DNA of 64,000 bases from Mobula birostris (GCF_030028105.1 NC_092377.1:77158569-77222568), one strand, 5' to 3'. Counted from the stretch's first letter, positions 13,891-26,121 are shown. The notes: a model not told the origin generated them from the sequence alone. Numbers and translations: made by a program.

Positions 13891-14865
13891 AAAAGTAACT
13901 TTCAACTCATTGCTGCAAGGGATGTAAAATAAAATTTGGGGGAGGATTTGGCTGGCATGTAGGGAGGAGTTGTGAACTCTTGTTCCTTCTTACTAGTCCG
14001 CCTCCATCACTGGCTCTCTTCCTTGAGGAGAACGAGACAGCTGTTTGCCTGGGACAGCTGTACAGAGCAGCTTGTTGGAAAGGGCCTAAAAACCTGGCTC
14101 ATTTATTTATTGGCTCTAATCAACAAGACAGCTACTCCTGCCTTTGAAGTGAAGTAGTAGTTAGAAATGCCAGTAATTATTTCACAATAACATATCTGTT
14201 TCAGTAAAGGATTACAATTTCAGATGTTGAAAATGTTTCTGTGAGGCTCCAGAATAAGCAGCTTGGTTTTCTGTTTGGGTTGTGGCCGAAGGAAAAATTA
14301 GACTGCAGTTCACAATTATCGGAAGGATCATTTTCATCTATAGGTTCGTAGCTCAAAAAAAATTGACCAATGGATTAGTGCCAGCTATAGTTTAAGGAAG
14401 GGATGTCAGACATAATTTGCAGTCCTGGTTTTAATCAGATGGATGCTTAAAATGGAGACTATGGGTGGTTTGCATGCTATTTGCTTTGTGACTGTTAAAT
14501 GGAGTGAGGGCAGCCTGCTCTTGGCAGGTGCATGTCTACTTTTAAAGAACTAATCAAACTTCCAGAGAGATTTTGATTCCATAGGAACTTGTAGACAAAT
14601 TGATCAGGGCATCTGGCCTCATTCTGCTTTTTGACTCAACATTAAGCCCAGTGGTGGAGCACTGACTTTCTGGGAAGTGGCCTCCTAAAAGTTCAAAAAG
14701 TTCAAAGTTCAAATTTATTACCAAAGTACATGTATGTCACCTGAGATTAATTTTCTTGTGGGATTTCATAGCAAATACAAAGAAACACGCTAGACTCAAT
14801 GAAAAACCATGCACAACAGGATGGACGAGCAACTAATTTGTAACTGTGCAAATACAGAAGAAAAA

Positions 14866-15567
14866 ATAATAATACAGGATAAGCATGCAAGAACAACTCA
14901 TTTAACATATGTAACCATTCCAAACACACACACCTTACAGAAATTAGCAAGTGAAAAACACCAGAAATATGCTGACTTAAAAGAGGAAATTGAAAGACTA
15001 TGGAACATGAACAGGGCATACATTGTCCTGATAGTAATATCTGCAACTGGTGTCATCCCAATGGTACTACACAATAATATTAAACAATTATTGCTAGAGA
15101 GTTATATAGGCATCTGTTAGTCTCATGAGACCATGGATTTGCGCCTTGGAAAGTTTCCAGGGCGCAGACCTGGGCAAGATTGAATGGAAGACCAGCAGTT
15201 GCCCATGCTGCAAGACCCCCCTCTCCACACCACCGATGTTGTCCAAAGGAAGGGCATTAGGACCCATACAGCTTGGCACCGGTGTCGTCGCAGAGCAATG
15301 TGTGGTTAAGTGACTTGCTCAAGGACACACACGCTGCCTCAGCCAAGGCTCGCACTAGCAATCTTCAAATCACTAGAGGCCTTAACCACTTGGCCACGCA
15401 CCAACATATTGCTAGAGAGTAATATTTATGTAAATCTCCAGAAAGCCACAATACTAAACACCACTAGAATAGTCTGAAAATTCCGAGCAATTGACAATGA
15501 GTGTGCTTGGCTATGCCCCTACCTCAGATTTTACCAGCCTGAGCTGAAAAAATCAATAATAATAATA
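14866..15567 (+). mobile_element. R4/Dong-type non-LTR retrotransposon 3' fragment with a restriction-like endonuclease (RLE) domain
   Basis: Removing the inserted SINE gives IIIQDK..RTTHLTYVTIPN...EKHQKYADLKEEIERLW......IVISATGVIP..LH...LLLESNIYVNLQKATILNTTRIV, the PD-(D/E)xK RLE C-terminus of R4-like elements. It has a (TAA)n tail. Confidence 0.8.
15103..15406 (-). mobile_element. tRNA-headed SINE with an RTE-like 3' tail
   Basis: The minus strand starts 'gttggtgcgtggccaagtggttaagg' (A-box-like) and contains 'gtgtccttgagcaag..acttaacc'. A 14-bp TSD TATTGCTAGAGAGT lies at 15089-15102 and 15407-15420. Confidence 0.85.
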
Positions 15568-15689
15568 AATAACTAGGCAATAAATATCAAGAACGAGTTC
15601 ATAGGTGTGGAAACAGTTCATTGTTGAGGCGAGTGAAAGTGAATGACATTATCCCCTCTGATTCAAATACTTGATGGTTGGGAAAATGT

Positions 15690-16198
15690 CAGGCCAGCAA
15701 GCACAGTGGATGAAGGCCAGCGAGGTTGAGGGCTGGAGCCAGTCCCCTGCCCCAGGCCAGCGAGTCCCCCCATGGGATCAGGAAGCACGAGGGTCGGTGA
15801 CCCAAGGTACATGAGTCGGGGAGTCTGGAGTTCAGGGAACTGTCATCGGCAAGACTTGGTGTGGATACTGAGATCGAAACCCGAAGGTTGATCAGAAGTC
15901 CAGAAATCGAGGCTTGACGTCCAAAGCCCTGATTCTAATGGAGGCTGGAGACCCGGGGCAGCCTGCCCAGGGGTTGGAGGACCATGTGTGTGCAGGAGTG
16001 GGTTGGTAGGTGGATGGGAAGGAGGAAAGGGGCTCGTTTTGTTGCTGTTGTTCTGCTGTACATTGTGGACACACTGTGTTGGTGCCAGAATGTGTGGCTG
16101 TCTCCAGCACATCCTTAGGTTGTGTTGTTTGTTAATGTAAACTACGTATTTCATTGTTAGTTTTGACATACATGTGATAAATAAATTAATCTGAATCA
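15690..16198 (+). mobile_element. Non-coding LINE-tail-bearing element (SINE-like)
   Basis: A GC-rich body ends 'ttttgacatacatgtgataaataaattaatctgaatc', a Rex/Babar-type tail. Confidence 0.55.
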
Positions 16199-17227
16199 GA
16201 GGGGGTCCCAATGCACCTTATGTATGTCCCCTGAGCACAAACCAGAGACGTCTGCCAGATGGAAGGTTAACGTGCAGGTTCTTTGACATATTTCCCTTTA
16301 ATTTAATAGTTTTAATAATTTGTCAGTTAATTAAAGCGCTTTTAATTTTGTTATAATCCCATGGAATAGTGTCTGTTAATGTGAAACTCTACTGGAGGCA
16401 TAGGGTTGTAATCTTTACTTTCTAAAGACTTTAAAGTCCACACTACAAAGTGCTGCAGTTCTGTGAGTGACACTGACAGTGAAGGTACTTCTCTAACTGT
16501 CCATTTAGACAATTTTACACTTAATTTCCTTGCTGTTCCCCGATGCATGTTACCAACTCCCTAGACCAGGCCAGCCCTAAAAAGGAAACTGAGTTTCATC
16601 AAAATCTCACTAATTATTGAGGTTGTGTTTTAATTATCCCTGGTGGCATTACATGAGTTATCATGTCATGCTACCTGACCTTGTGGAAAAGAAGGCATAG
16701 CTGATCTTCACTTTTCATTGCCCTTCTACCACTCAGTGCAATTGACCCAAACTGGTATGGATACCTCGTGAACAGTACTGATAGATTTATCTCCACAGTG
16801 CAGCCAGTATTCCGATTCCCACTGGCTGTTCATTAACTTTATGTTTTTACCAGTTAGTGAATATCTAGCAGTGCATAGAGGACTGCTGCTCACAAAGAAA
16901 ATAGCTTGATACTCATTCAGTCACTAGAAGTGAAAAACAGAATGACGCTATTCCATATACTGATTGGCCATGTGGATATCTGACCAAAAGTTTGAGCTGA
17001 GCTGGCCTAAACTGGCCTGACACAAATTTCAGGCCCGCTTGAAAGTGGGAGTGAACCTCTGTTCATCTGGAGCTTCGAACAGCTTGGCTAAGTATGTAAA
17101 CTTGGGGGCCACAATGTTCATGAGCCCCCATCACAAATTCTAGTTTCAAAGGGACACATCACATTTGCAATTGTTGCAGGTGAGTGGCCTGATCAGTAGC
17201 CTCTTAAATAGTTGCTCACAAATTAGT

Positions 17228-18128
17228 TGTACAGAGTTTTGCCATCTTCAGAAGTTTTCTGATGACTCTGCCATAGTTGGATGCATCAGCAAGGGAGATG
17301 AGGTTGAGTACAGGGCTATGGTAGGAAACTTTGTCACATGGTGTGAGCAGAATTATCTGCAGCTTAATGTGAAAAAGATTGAGGAGCTGGTGGTGGACCT
17401 GAGGAGGGCTAAGGTACCGGCGACCCCTGTTTCCATCCAGGGGGTCAGTGTGGACATGGTGGAGGATTACAAATACCTGGGGATACAAATTGACAATAAA
17501 TTGGACTGGTCAAAGAACACTGAGGCTGTCTACAAGAAGGGTCAGAGCCATCTCTATTTCCTGAGGAGACTGAGGTCCTTTAACATCTGTCGGACGATGC
17601 TGAGGATGTTCTACGAGTCTGTGATGGCCAGTGCGAACATGTTTGCTGTTGTGTGCTGGGGCAGCAGGCTGAGGGTAGCAGACACCAACAGAATCAACAA
17701 ACTCATTCGTAAGGCCAGTGATGTTGTGGGGATGGAACTGGACTCTCTGACAGTGGTGTCTAAAAAGAGGATGCTGTCTAAGTTGCATGCCATCTTGATC
17801 AATGTCTCCCATCCACTACATAATGTACTGGTTGGGCACAGGAGTACATTCAGCCAGAGACTCATTCCACCGAGATGCAACACTACGCGTCATAGGAAGT
17901 CATTCCTGCCTGTGGCCATCAAACTTTACAACTCCTCCCTTGAAGGGTCAGACACCCTGAGCCAATAGGCTGGTCCTGGACTTATTTCCTGGCATAATTT
18001 ACATATTACTATTTAATTATTTATGGTTTTATATTGCTATATTTATACTCTATTCTTGGTTGGGGCAACTGTAACGAAAATCAATTTCCCTTGGGATCAA
18101 TAAAGTATGACTATGACTATGACTATAA
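17228..18128 (+). mobile_element. Rex1/Babar-clade LINE, 5'-truncated young copy
   Basis: ORF 17165-17968 has KFSDDSAIVG (RT catalytic motif), LQLNVKK..ELVVD.R and YKYLG. The (GACTAT)n tail and body are near-identical to the copy at 11828-12518. Confidence 0.93.
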
Positions 18129-19299
18129 CTGTTCCTATTTGGTTGTATAGATAAGAAACAATGAATACATTGTTAGTTCCCAATTTGTGATCAATATACA
18201 TGAGTATTTTTCAAGCCGACACTGATGCATGCCAGTGCATTCTCTTGAAATCTGGAGAATCTACATTACAGTTTCAGCAATTGGAAGGGAGTAGCTTTGA
18301 GAGCTTAGATCAATTCTGTTCTGTTTTATTAATGGATTTATAGCCTCACATAGCCGCACTAGCTCAGTACAAATGAGTGCAGAGTTAAATCAAGAATTGG
18401 TCCATTCATCTGGAAGGTAGCTAAAGAAAATACAATATTTCTGATACAGAACTGAATGTGGTCAGGGTTCATAATAATGCAGGAATATAATATATGCTAT
18501 ATAGTTCAGGAGACTAAATTAGATCACCTCTTATATGCCTGACTAATAATTGGTCTTAAGTAAGCCTCAGAGAGACCAAGAGTCAGTAGAAATATAATCA
18601 GAATAACAGACCTGAATTGGTGACATTAATTTCAGAGGTAGATTTTCCGAGGGCCTTTCTAACTGACAACTTCCCACATAACTGAAGGCAGCTTGTTGGA
18701 AGGAAGCTTTTAGCGGAGACATAGAGGGTGTTGGGTACAGTAGCTTGCTTAAGGATAGCTTACTGATGTCGGATAGCTATTGATTAACTGATGATGTCTC
18801 AACATAAACCTTAAGCGAACTGGCAGTCCTCACTACAAAGCTAAGGGTTAGCACAGAGACATGTCTCTCTTTGAACTACTTTCATCTAAGCTATTATTGA
18901 GCTGGAGAAATGAATTGTATCTTAGAGACAAATTAAGGCAAATCAACCAAGCTTACAGTTAGTTCATTAATCACCAGGAAAGAGGTAATGATTTAAATGT
19001 CATCAAAAGCATCACCTCAACGTGATCTCATTATGACTACAAAGAACTAGTGTTCTTTGATTATTCACAGTAGTGTCCGACCTACATAACTATCATTTAT
19101 AACCTTTAAGTCTGGTTGCTGCATCTTGTGCCTTATTAGAGATGATTATAATTTAGGAAATTGTTCACAAAACCATCTAATAAGATATTAAAGCATTTGA
19201 TCCTCCAAGTGAAAGGATGAGACTTGAATTCATATAATTTCTTTTTACGAATAGGAGAAATACCTTAAAATCTTGTATATAGTTGAATAGCTTTTGAAG

Positions 19300-19590
19300 T
19301 GAGTCCCAGATCCACACAGTAAAGAGATGCCCCTTTAGAACTAAGATGAGGAGGAATTTGTCCAGCCAGAGAATGGTGAATCTATAGAAATTGTTGTTAT
19401 ATTGGGTGACGGAGGCCAAGTCATTGGCTATATTTAAGGTAGAGCTTGTGAAGTTCCTGATTGGTAAGAGGAATAATGGTTATAGGGAGAAGCGGGAGAT
19501 GGAGTTGAAAGAAGTCGGCCAGGATTGAATGGTGGCACTGACTCAATGAGCCAAAAGGCCTAATGCTACTCTTAAATCTTATGGTTACAG
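19300..19590 (+). mobile_element. CR1 3' fragment
   Basis: It reads 'ccctttagaactaagatgaggaggaatttgtccagccagagaatggtgaatct' and has a CR1 tail 'tcttatggtt'. Confidence 0.75.
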
Positions 19591-19904
19591 TCTAATCTGT
19601 TGTTTCTCAAAGAAAAGCATTTCTGTGTTTACAGATCTAATCATATTAATCTATGTGAAAAAAGGCCTGTATCACTGAATTCATTTGTTTTCTTCTTCAC
19701 CAAAAAAGTATGTTGAGGTATTCAGCACTTTTCAGATCAGTTGAAACAATTTCCACTGCCAGTAGGTATATGTCCCATTTCATTCCAGTTGGGATAGACT
19801 TAGCACCTATCGTCAGGGCAGTACTGTATTGAGGACGGACTTCAGCATTGCCAGGAGTGCACTGCTCTCAGTAACATATTAAGGTTGCATATTGTATGGG
19901 GCAG

Positions 19905-20750
19905 TTCAACGGTTCAAAGGTCCAATTTAATGTCAGAGCAATGTATACAATATACATCCTGAAATGCATTCTCTTCGCAAAACGTCCATGAAAACAGAGG
20001 AGTGCTCCAAAGAATGAACTACAGTTAAATGTTAGAGCCTCAGAGTCCCCCCAAGCTCCCCTCCCTCCCGCGTGTAAGCAGCAGCAAGCAACAATCCCCC
20101 CTTCCCCACCGGCACAAAAAAACATCAGCACCTACCACCGAGCACACAAGCATGAGCAAAGCAATAGCAAAGACACAGACTTGCAGTTACCTCAAAGACT
20201 TGGCGTTTCACCGGGTATTCAACATACCACAGGCTCTCTCTCTCCCTAATGGGAGAAGGAGGTGTCTCTGGTCTCCATTTTCCCAGTGAGAGGGGAAACA
20301 TAACAAACAACTCATTGGTTTACGATGTTAAAAGTCCGTTACGCCACTTTTTCGAGATCTGTGCCTGCAGATCTCAAAGATCTCGGGTCTCCAGACACAC
20401 AGTCGTAGATATTTCAAGCCCCCCCCCCCCCCCCGACAACACACGGGTCTCCTGCCATGACACTGACCCTCGATCTGCCCGTCTCCAGAGCCCCAAGATC
20501 CTAGGCTTCCAAATCCAAGCCGGACTCTTAGGCTGATCCCTTGGCATGCTGAACAACGGCCAGTTACGAAACCCCGAAAGTGGGTCCCATTCCTGCAAAG
20601 AACGGAAGTCAGCATGTAACTCCAGGTCAGGGTCTTCAAAAGAACCCTGAAAGGGAAAAATAAAGATATTAAAGATGGAAATAGAGCTGTTTCTGAAGAT
20701 GCAAGCAAAGGAGTTGCCGTTTAGCGCCATCGTTACTCCGCTCCGCCTCT
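19905..20750 (-). mobile_element. Non-coding non-autonomous LINE-derived element (~850 bp)
   Basis: The minus 5' end is 'gagaggcggagcggagtaacgatggcgc' and the 3' end is 'attaaattggacctttgaacc'. The body is CpG-rich, which suggests a young copy. Confidence 0.6.
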
Positions 20751-23019
20751 CAGTTTGTTACTGATGCTGGTGTAACTTACGTGTACAGGGCATTGGTACA
20801 GCTAATAGAACTTTATCTCATCGTGCCAGAATCCCAGGTTCAAACCTGACCCTGGCTGCTGCTTTTGAGTAAATTAAGAACCTTCATGGTCATCATTAGC
20901 TCCAGTTTTCTCTGATATTCTAAAAATAATAGTTAGTTGTTTGGCCATTGTAAATTGTCTCTAGCGTGTGGTTAAATGGTAGAATCTAAGGGGAGTTGAT
21001 AAGAATGTGGGGTAAATAAAAACTAGCACTAACATAGGGCTAGTGTAAATGGGTTGTTGATGCTTGACATGACTCAGTGGACCATCTGGTTGGTTTATGG
21101 ACCGTATCTCTGTATGACTCCATTCACCACAATTTACCTTGCATATTTTTTGAACGGCATAACCTTCAAAATGGTGACAAGAAGTACATGTAAAATTCAA
21201 TTAAAGCAAACTAGCTCAATGATGGGGAGATGAGTGGCTTCACTTCAAAACTACTTCATTTGCTGAAAAGTTCTCTGGGATGTTCCAGAGCTGTGAAAGG
21301 TATGCTGTCAATTTTTGGCTTTGTTTGTATTTTCTTATGACATTACATAACGCCAATGACACAGGTTCAATTCTGCCGCTGTAAGGAGTTTGTACTTTCT
21401 TCTTGTGACTGTGTGGGTTTCCTCTGGATTCTCAAGGATGTTTGGGTTAGCAGCGTATTTGGTCAAATGGGTGCAATTGGGCAGTGTAGACTTGTTGGGC
21501 TGGAAGGGCATGTTACCATTCTGTATCTCTAAATATTTAAAAATAAATAAATAAGAGGATCCTTCGATCTATCGAGTCTATCCTGGCTCCCAGAGCATTC
21601 TCATCAATTCCATTTCTCATTTATTTTACAATAAACTATTCTCTCTCACATGCCCATCAACACAGCCTGATTCTCCTGTCACATGTCTACACAATGAGCA
21701 ACATGCCATAGTCAGTTAGCTTACCATCAGCACATCTTTGGGATGTGGGAGAACTCTGAATCCCAACCTGATGCAAGGCAGCACTGGGTGACAAGATTGA
21801 ACTTGAGTGACAGGGAGCTCTTGAGGTACGGCAGCAGCACTACCTGCTGCATCAATGAACTGCCGTTCAGGTCAGTCGTGAACTTCTGGGCCAATGAGGA
21901 CAAGATGAGTGGGGCCAAATCACAGCACTTTCCAATATTTCACCTTCAATCAAAAGACATTCATTTTATTTGTGGAATTAAACATGCTGCAAAGCTTTTT
22001 GAAATGGACAGGAAAAATAAAAACTCAAAGTTCAAAAAAAGAATGTATTAGTAATGTGCAAATGAAAATCATATCCCCTCTCTGGATATTGTTAAATAAG
22101 CCTAATTATCTTAGACTTACCACAAAAACCACTGTCTTTGGAAAAATGAAAAAAGTCATTGCAGTTACCCATGAAAAGCGTCTGACACCTTTGGGTAATT
22201 AATATGCAGTGGATAGCAGCAAAAGGCTTCTGGCTGCACTAACTGCAGTAATATGATGAACAAGCCTTGTCACACATTTCACATTGCTTGCCTTTGATTG
22301 CAAAGTGACCTTAACTGCGGAGTCAATTGATGGTCAACAGCAAAATTGCGAGCTGATTGTGTCAGGCTGGAGTGAGGTGTGAGGCCAGCGGTAAGAAGTT
22401 TACATTATCTAACCTGGTTTAGCCACGTCCGGTGCCAGACTGCAAATGGAATAATATGGGTAGCAGCTAAAGAGGGAATTACTTTGTGTTGGCTCAGTGC
22501 AAAAGGAAGCGTAAATAAACACTGATCCCTGCACAGACTAAACTGTCAGCCCGATTATGTGTCAGAATGGCTTAATACCTCACAGGTCCTTGCATCGTAA
22601 CCCCTGACCCCTTCCGCTCCTGTGCCTGAGGTGGTTTCTGATTGAGGCAGTTGTACTTAGACACAGTTACATCACTGCTAGAGGTCAGGTTTGTCAGCAA
22701 CAACACTAATCCTTCCTGCTTATTATCAATGCGGTGTCTCCTGGACTTTGTGGTGTCATTGCACAATCTTTCTGACATCTATCTGATAACATAGCACTTC
22801 TCTCTCTATTTCTGTCCTTGTCTCTCCTTCTTAATCCTGCTCTGCCTAATATCTTAATGGTCCTCTGAAAGTTTCAGTAAAAGGCGTATAATTGCATTTC
22901 TGCCCAATCTTATTAATTTATCACATCTTAGCATTCAAACACAGCTTACAGTAATTCTTTTATAGAGGCATATTCATAAATAAATAACACAGAAGCTGCA
23001 AGGTTGGGCGGGGACTCAC

Positions 23020-23206
23020 CTCCGGATTACAGGAATCTGGCCTAGAGTTCCTGTCAGCTGTGATCCTCTTGCCGATGGAGGACAGCTCGAAGAACTCATC
23101 GTGTGGCTGAACTGGAGAGAGATGACTGTGCTGCTGGCAGCCAGCTTTGCAACTGCTGAAACCGCTATCATGGTAGCTTTCCTGGGAGTGGATGAATCTG
23201 ATGGCA
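23020..23206 (-). CDS. Candidate internal coding exon (187 nt, phase 2 to phase 0) of an unidentified host gene
   Basis: The acceptor is 'tttactttgctcttttttcacatctcag|' and the donor is 'GAG|gtgagt'. The frame AIRFIHSQESYHDSGFSSCKAGCQQHSHLSPVQPHDEFFELSSIGKRITADRNSRPDSCNPE is open with C/G-ending codon bias and retained CpGs. It is not similar to any repeat in the window. Confidence 0.6.
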
Positions 23207-23431
23207 CTGAGATGTGAAAAAAGAGCAAAGTAAAATGGAACTGATGGTTTCCTTTGCATTTTACCTGTTTCAGACACATGTTCATAAATCCTTGACCTTT
23301 CCCATCCTTGAATGACAAGACAACTCATACTCATACTATCCACACCAGGCAACAATGGCAAGTAGAATCTACCTGCCAAAACAAAAGCCCACACTCAAGG
23401 TTTTCATCCCTTTGCTATATGTGGAGTGAAA

Positions 23432-23655
23432 TAAACACAAGAGATTATTCAGATGTTGAAAATCCAGAGCAACACACACAAAATGCTGGAGGAACTCAGC
23501 AGGCCGGGCAGCATCCATTGAGAGGAATAAACAGTTGATGTTTTGTCCCAAGACCCCTCATCAGGACACATCTTGGCCAAAACATCAACTGTTTATTCCT
23601 CTCCATCGAAGCTATCTGACCTTTTGAGTTCCTCCAGCACTTTGTGTGTGTTCTT
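23432..23655. mobile_element. Penelope-derived fold-back (inverted pLTR pair) with a decayed hammerhead motif
   Basis: Arms 'acacacaaaatgctggaggaactcagc...aaacagttgatgtttt' and 'aaaacatcaactgttt...gagttcctccagcactttgtgtgtg' are inverted repeats. Confidence 0.75.
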
Positions 23656-23697
23656 AATGTAAATGATGGTCAAAGAGTCATTGTCAAGAGGGTGAAG

Positions 23698-24000
23698 TCA
23701 GAATCAGAATCAAGGTGTTATCACTGATAAATATCATAAAGTTTGTTTACTGTGGCAGCAGTTCAGCGCAATACAAAGTATTACTATGTTACAATAAAAA
23801 AAAGTAAAAAATAAAATAAATAATGCAAAAAGAGAGTATGGGTTCATGATCCATTCAGAGATCTGATGGTGGAAGGGAAGAAGCTGTTCTTAAAACATTG
23901 AGTGTGCATCCACTGGCTCCTGTGCCTCCTCCCAGAGGATTGTAATGAGAAGAGGGCATGTCCTGGATGGTGAGGGTCCTTAGTGAAAGATGGATGAATA
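23698..24000 (-). mobile_element. Rex1/Babar 3' fragment
   Basis: It reads KDPHHPGHALFSLQSSGRR...FKNSFFPSTIRSLN and has a (GATTCT)n tail. Confidence 0.85.
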
Positions 24001-24084
24001 ATGAAGAAATGGAGGAAAGCTTGAGCTTTATAAAAAACATGGTCTCCAGACTGTCCTGTTGCACTCAATGCTTCTGTGCTGTAA

Positions 24085-25386
24085 GTGCTTTGTAACCCTG
24101 TGACCAAATCTAGAGAGGCTGGTCCTGGGTCACCTCCGAGCCATGGTCAGATCAGCCCTCGATCCCTTGCAGTTTGCCTAACAGGATCATGTTGGAGTCG
24201 ACTATGCTGTCATCTATCCGCTGAACACAGCCTACAGTGCTGCCCTGCTTATCTACATTTGGATAAGCAAGGCAGCACTGTGAGGATCATGTTTTTTGGT
24301 ACCATACAGCCCTCATTGCTGGGGGAAAAATGCTGTTCAGTGCAGGTTGGCACTTCCATTGTATCCTGGATAATGGACTACTTGACTGGCAGACCACAGT
24401 CTGTGCGTCTTCAGGGCTGTGTGTCAGATACGGCTATAAGCAGCACTGGGTCCCCACAGGGGACCGTATTGGCTTCCTTCCTGTTTACCCTGTATACCTT
24501 GGACTTTAGATGCAACGCTGAACTATATCATCTGCAGAAATGCTCTGATGACTCAGCAATAGTTGGGTGTATAAAAGGAGGACAGGAGGATGAATACAGT
24601 GCTCCTGGTGGAGGACCTTGTCAAACGGTGCAAAATGAATCATCTGCAGCACAACATCAGTAAGACAAAGGAGATGGTGATGGACTTTAGGAAGACTAAG
24701 CCTGAACTGCTCCCTGTTACGATTGATGATGAGGATGTGGAGGTGGTGAGAACCTACAAGTACCTGGGGGTGCTCCTGGACAACAGACTTGAGTGGAGCA
24801 CCTACACAGAGGCTGTGTACAAGAAGGGCCAGAGTCACCTCTACTTCCTGAGGAGACTGAGGTCATTTGGAGTGTACAGGCCTCTCTTTCACCGGTTCTA
24901 TCAACCTCTTGTCACCAGTACAATCTTCTATGGGACAATGGCATCAACAAGGGTAATGCCACAGGCTCAATAAACTGATTAGAAAGGCAGATTCTGTTAT
25001 AGGAGTCAAACTGGACACACTGGAGGCTATAGTAGAACAAAGGACCCTCTAGAAAATCCTGGAAATTCTGGACAATGTTTCCCACCCTCCGCATGCCACC
25101 TCGGTTAAGCAGAAAAGCAATTTTAGTAATAGACTAAGATAACTGCACTGCTCCAAAGAGTGCTATATGAGATCATACTTACTGTCGGCCATTAGACTCT
25201 ATAATGAGTCAACGTATAGCCAGAGGAGTGATGACCCCCTTCCTGTTAGACTGTTTGAGGTAAATTACTTATTCTCTTTCACTTCTCCTCTAATATTTGT
25301 ATATTTGTATAATTGTGCACTTGTAATGCTGCTGTGAATCTGTCATTTCCTTTGGGATAAATAAAGTATCTATCTATCTATCTATC
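24085..25386 (+). mobile_element. Rex1/Babar-clade LINE, RT to 3' end, frameshifted
   Basis: The ORFs show WIMDYLTGRPQSVR, TGSPQGTVL..FLFTLYT, KCSDDSAIVG and YKYLG. The tail is AATAAA plus (TATC)n. Confidence 0.92.
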
Positions 25387-26121
25387 TTGCTGACTAGAGC
25401 TGAAGGGAATAGCTGGCAGTGAGCCCTTCACAGGCACTTAATTGTTCCCCTGTGAGTCTCGAACTTTCTGACAGATTCAAGGGTAAGGGTGTTGATGTGA
25501 ATTGTCAGATTGCCTTGCTGATGGAGAGCCCATGCAATCTAGTGGCGGAACCATATCATGCTGAGACTACCCAGCATTACAGTGGGAGTTGTCACTCATC
25601 AGATCACAACTGAAACAGGATCCAAGTCTATGTTACTTTCAAATGAGCGTTCCAGATCAATGTGATTAGGATGCAAACTTTGTTTGCTTTCATTTAATAT
25701 GCTTAACTTCTGATTGTTTTAAATATAATTTGTACAGCTGCAAGTTTTTCTTTTGTAAAATTGATTTTATAGTCATACAACACAGAAACAGGTTCTTCAG
25801 AAAACCAAGTCCCCAGTGAGCATCAACAACTCATTTACACTAATCCTACATTCATCCCATTTTTTAATTCTTCCCAAATTCCACAATATCTACCACTTAC
25901 TCATACATTAGGACCAATTTTCAGAGATTAGTTAACTTAAAAATTGCATGCTTTTGGGATGTGGGAGGAAATTGGAGCACACAGGGGAATACTACATGGC
26001 CACAGAAAGAACATGCAAACTCAATACATGTAGCATCCGAGGTCAGGATCAAATCTGAGGTGCTAACACTGTGAGGCAGTGCTTCCACATGCTGTAACAT
26101 TGTACCATCAAATCTCTCAAA

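Larger units (their letters stand above)
14690..15680 (-). mobile_element. Rex1/Babar-type 3' UTR fragment hosting the R4 and SINE nest. Same 3' UTR family at ~40880-41340 and ~46075-46355
   Basis: It has an (AAGTTC)n tail with 'aaatttatt', and 'gagattaattttcttgtgg...cataggtgtggaaacagttca' is shared with the other two copies. Confidence 0.7.

Noticed and set aside
22572-22778. 68-aa minus ORF next to the candidate exon
   Set aside because: There is no convincing acceptor or donor and no codon bias.
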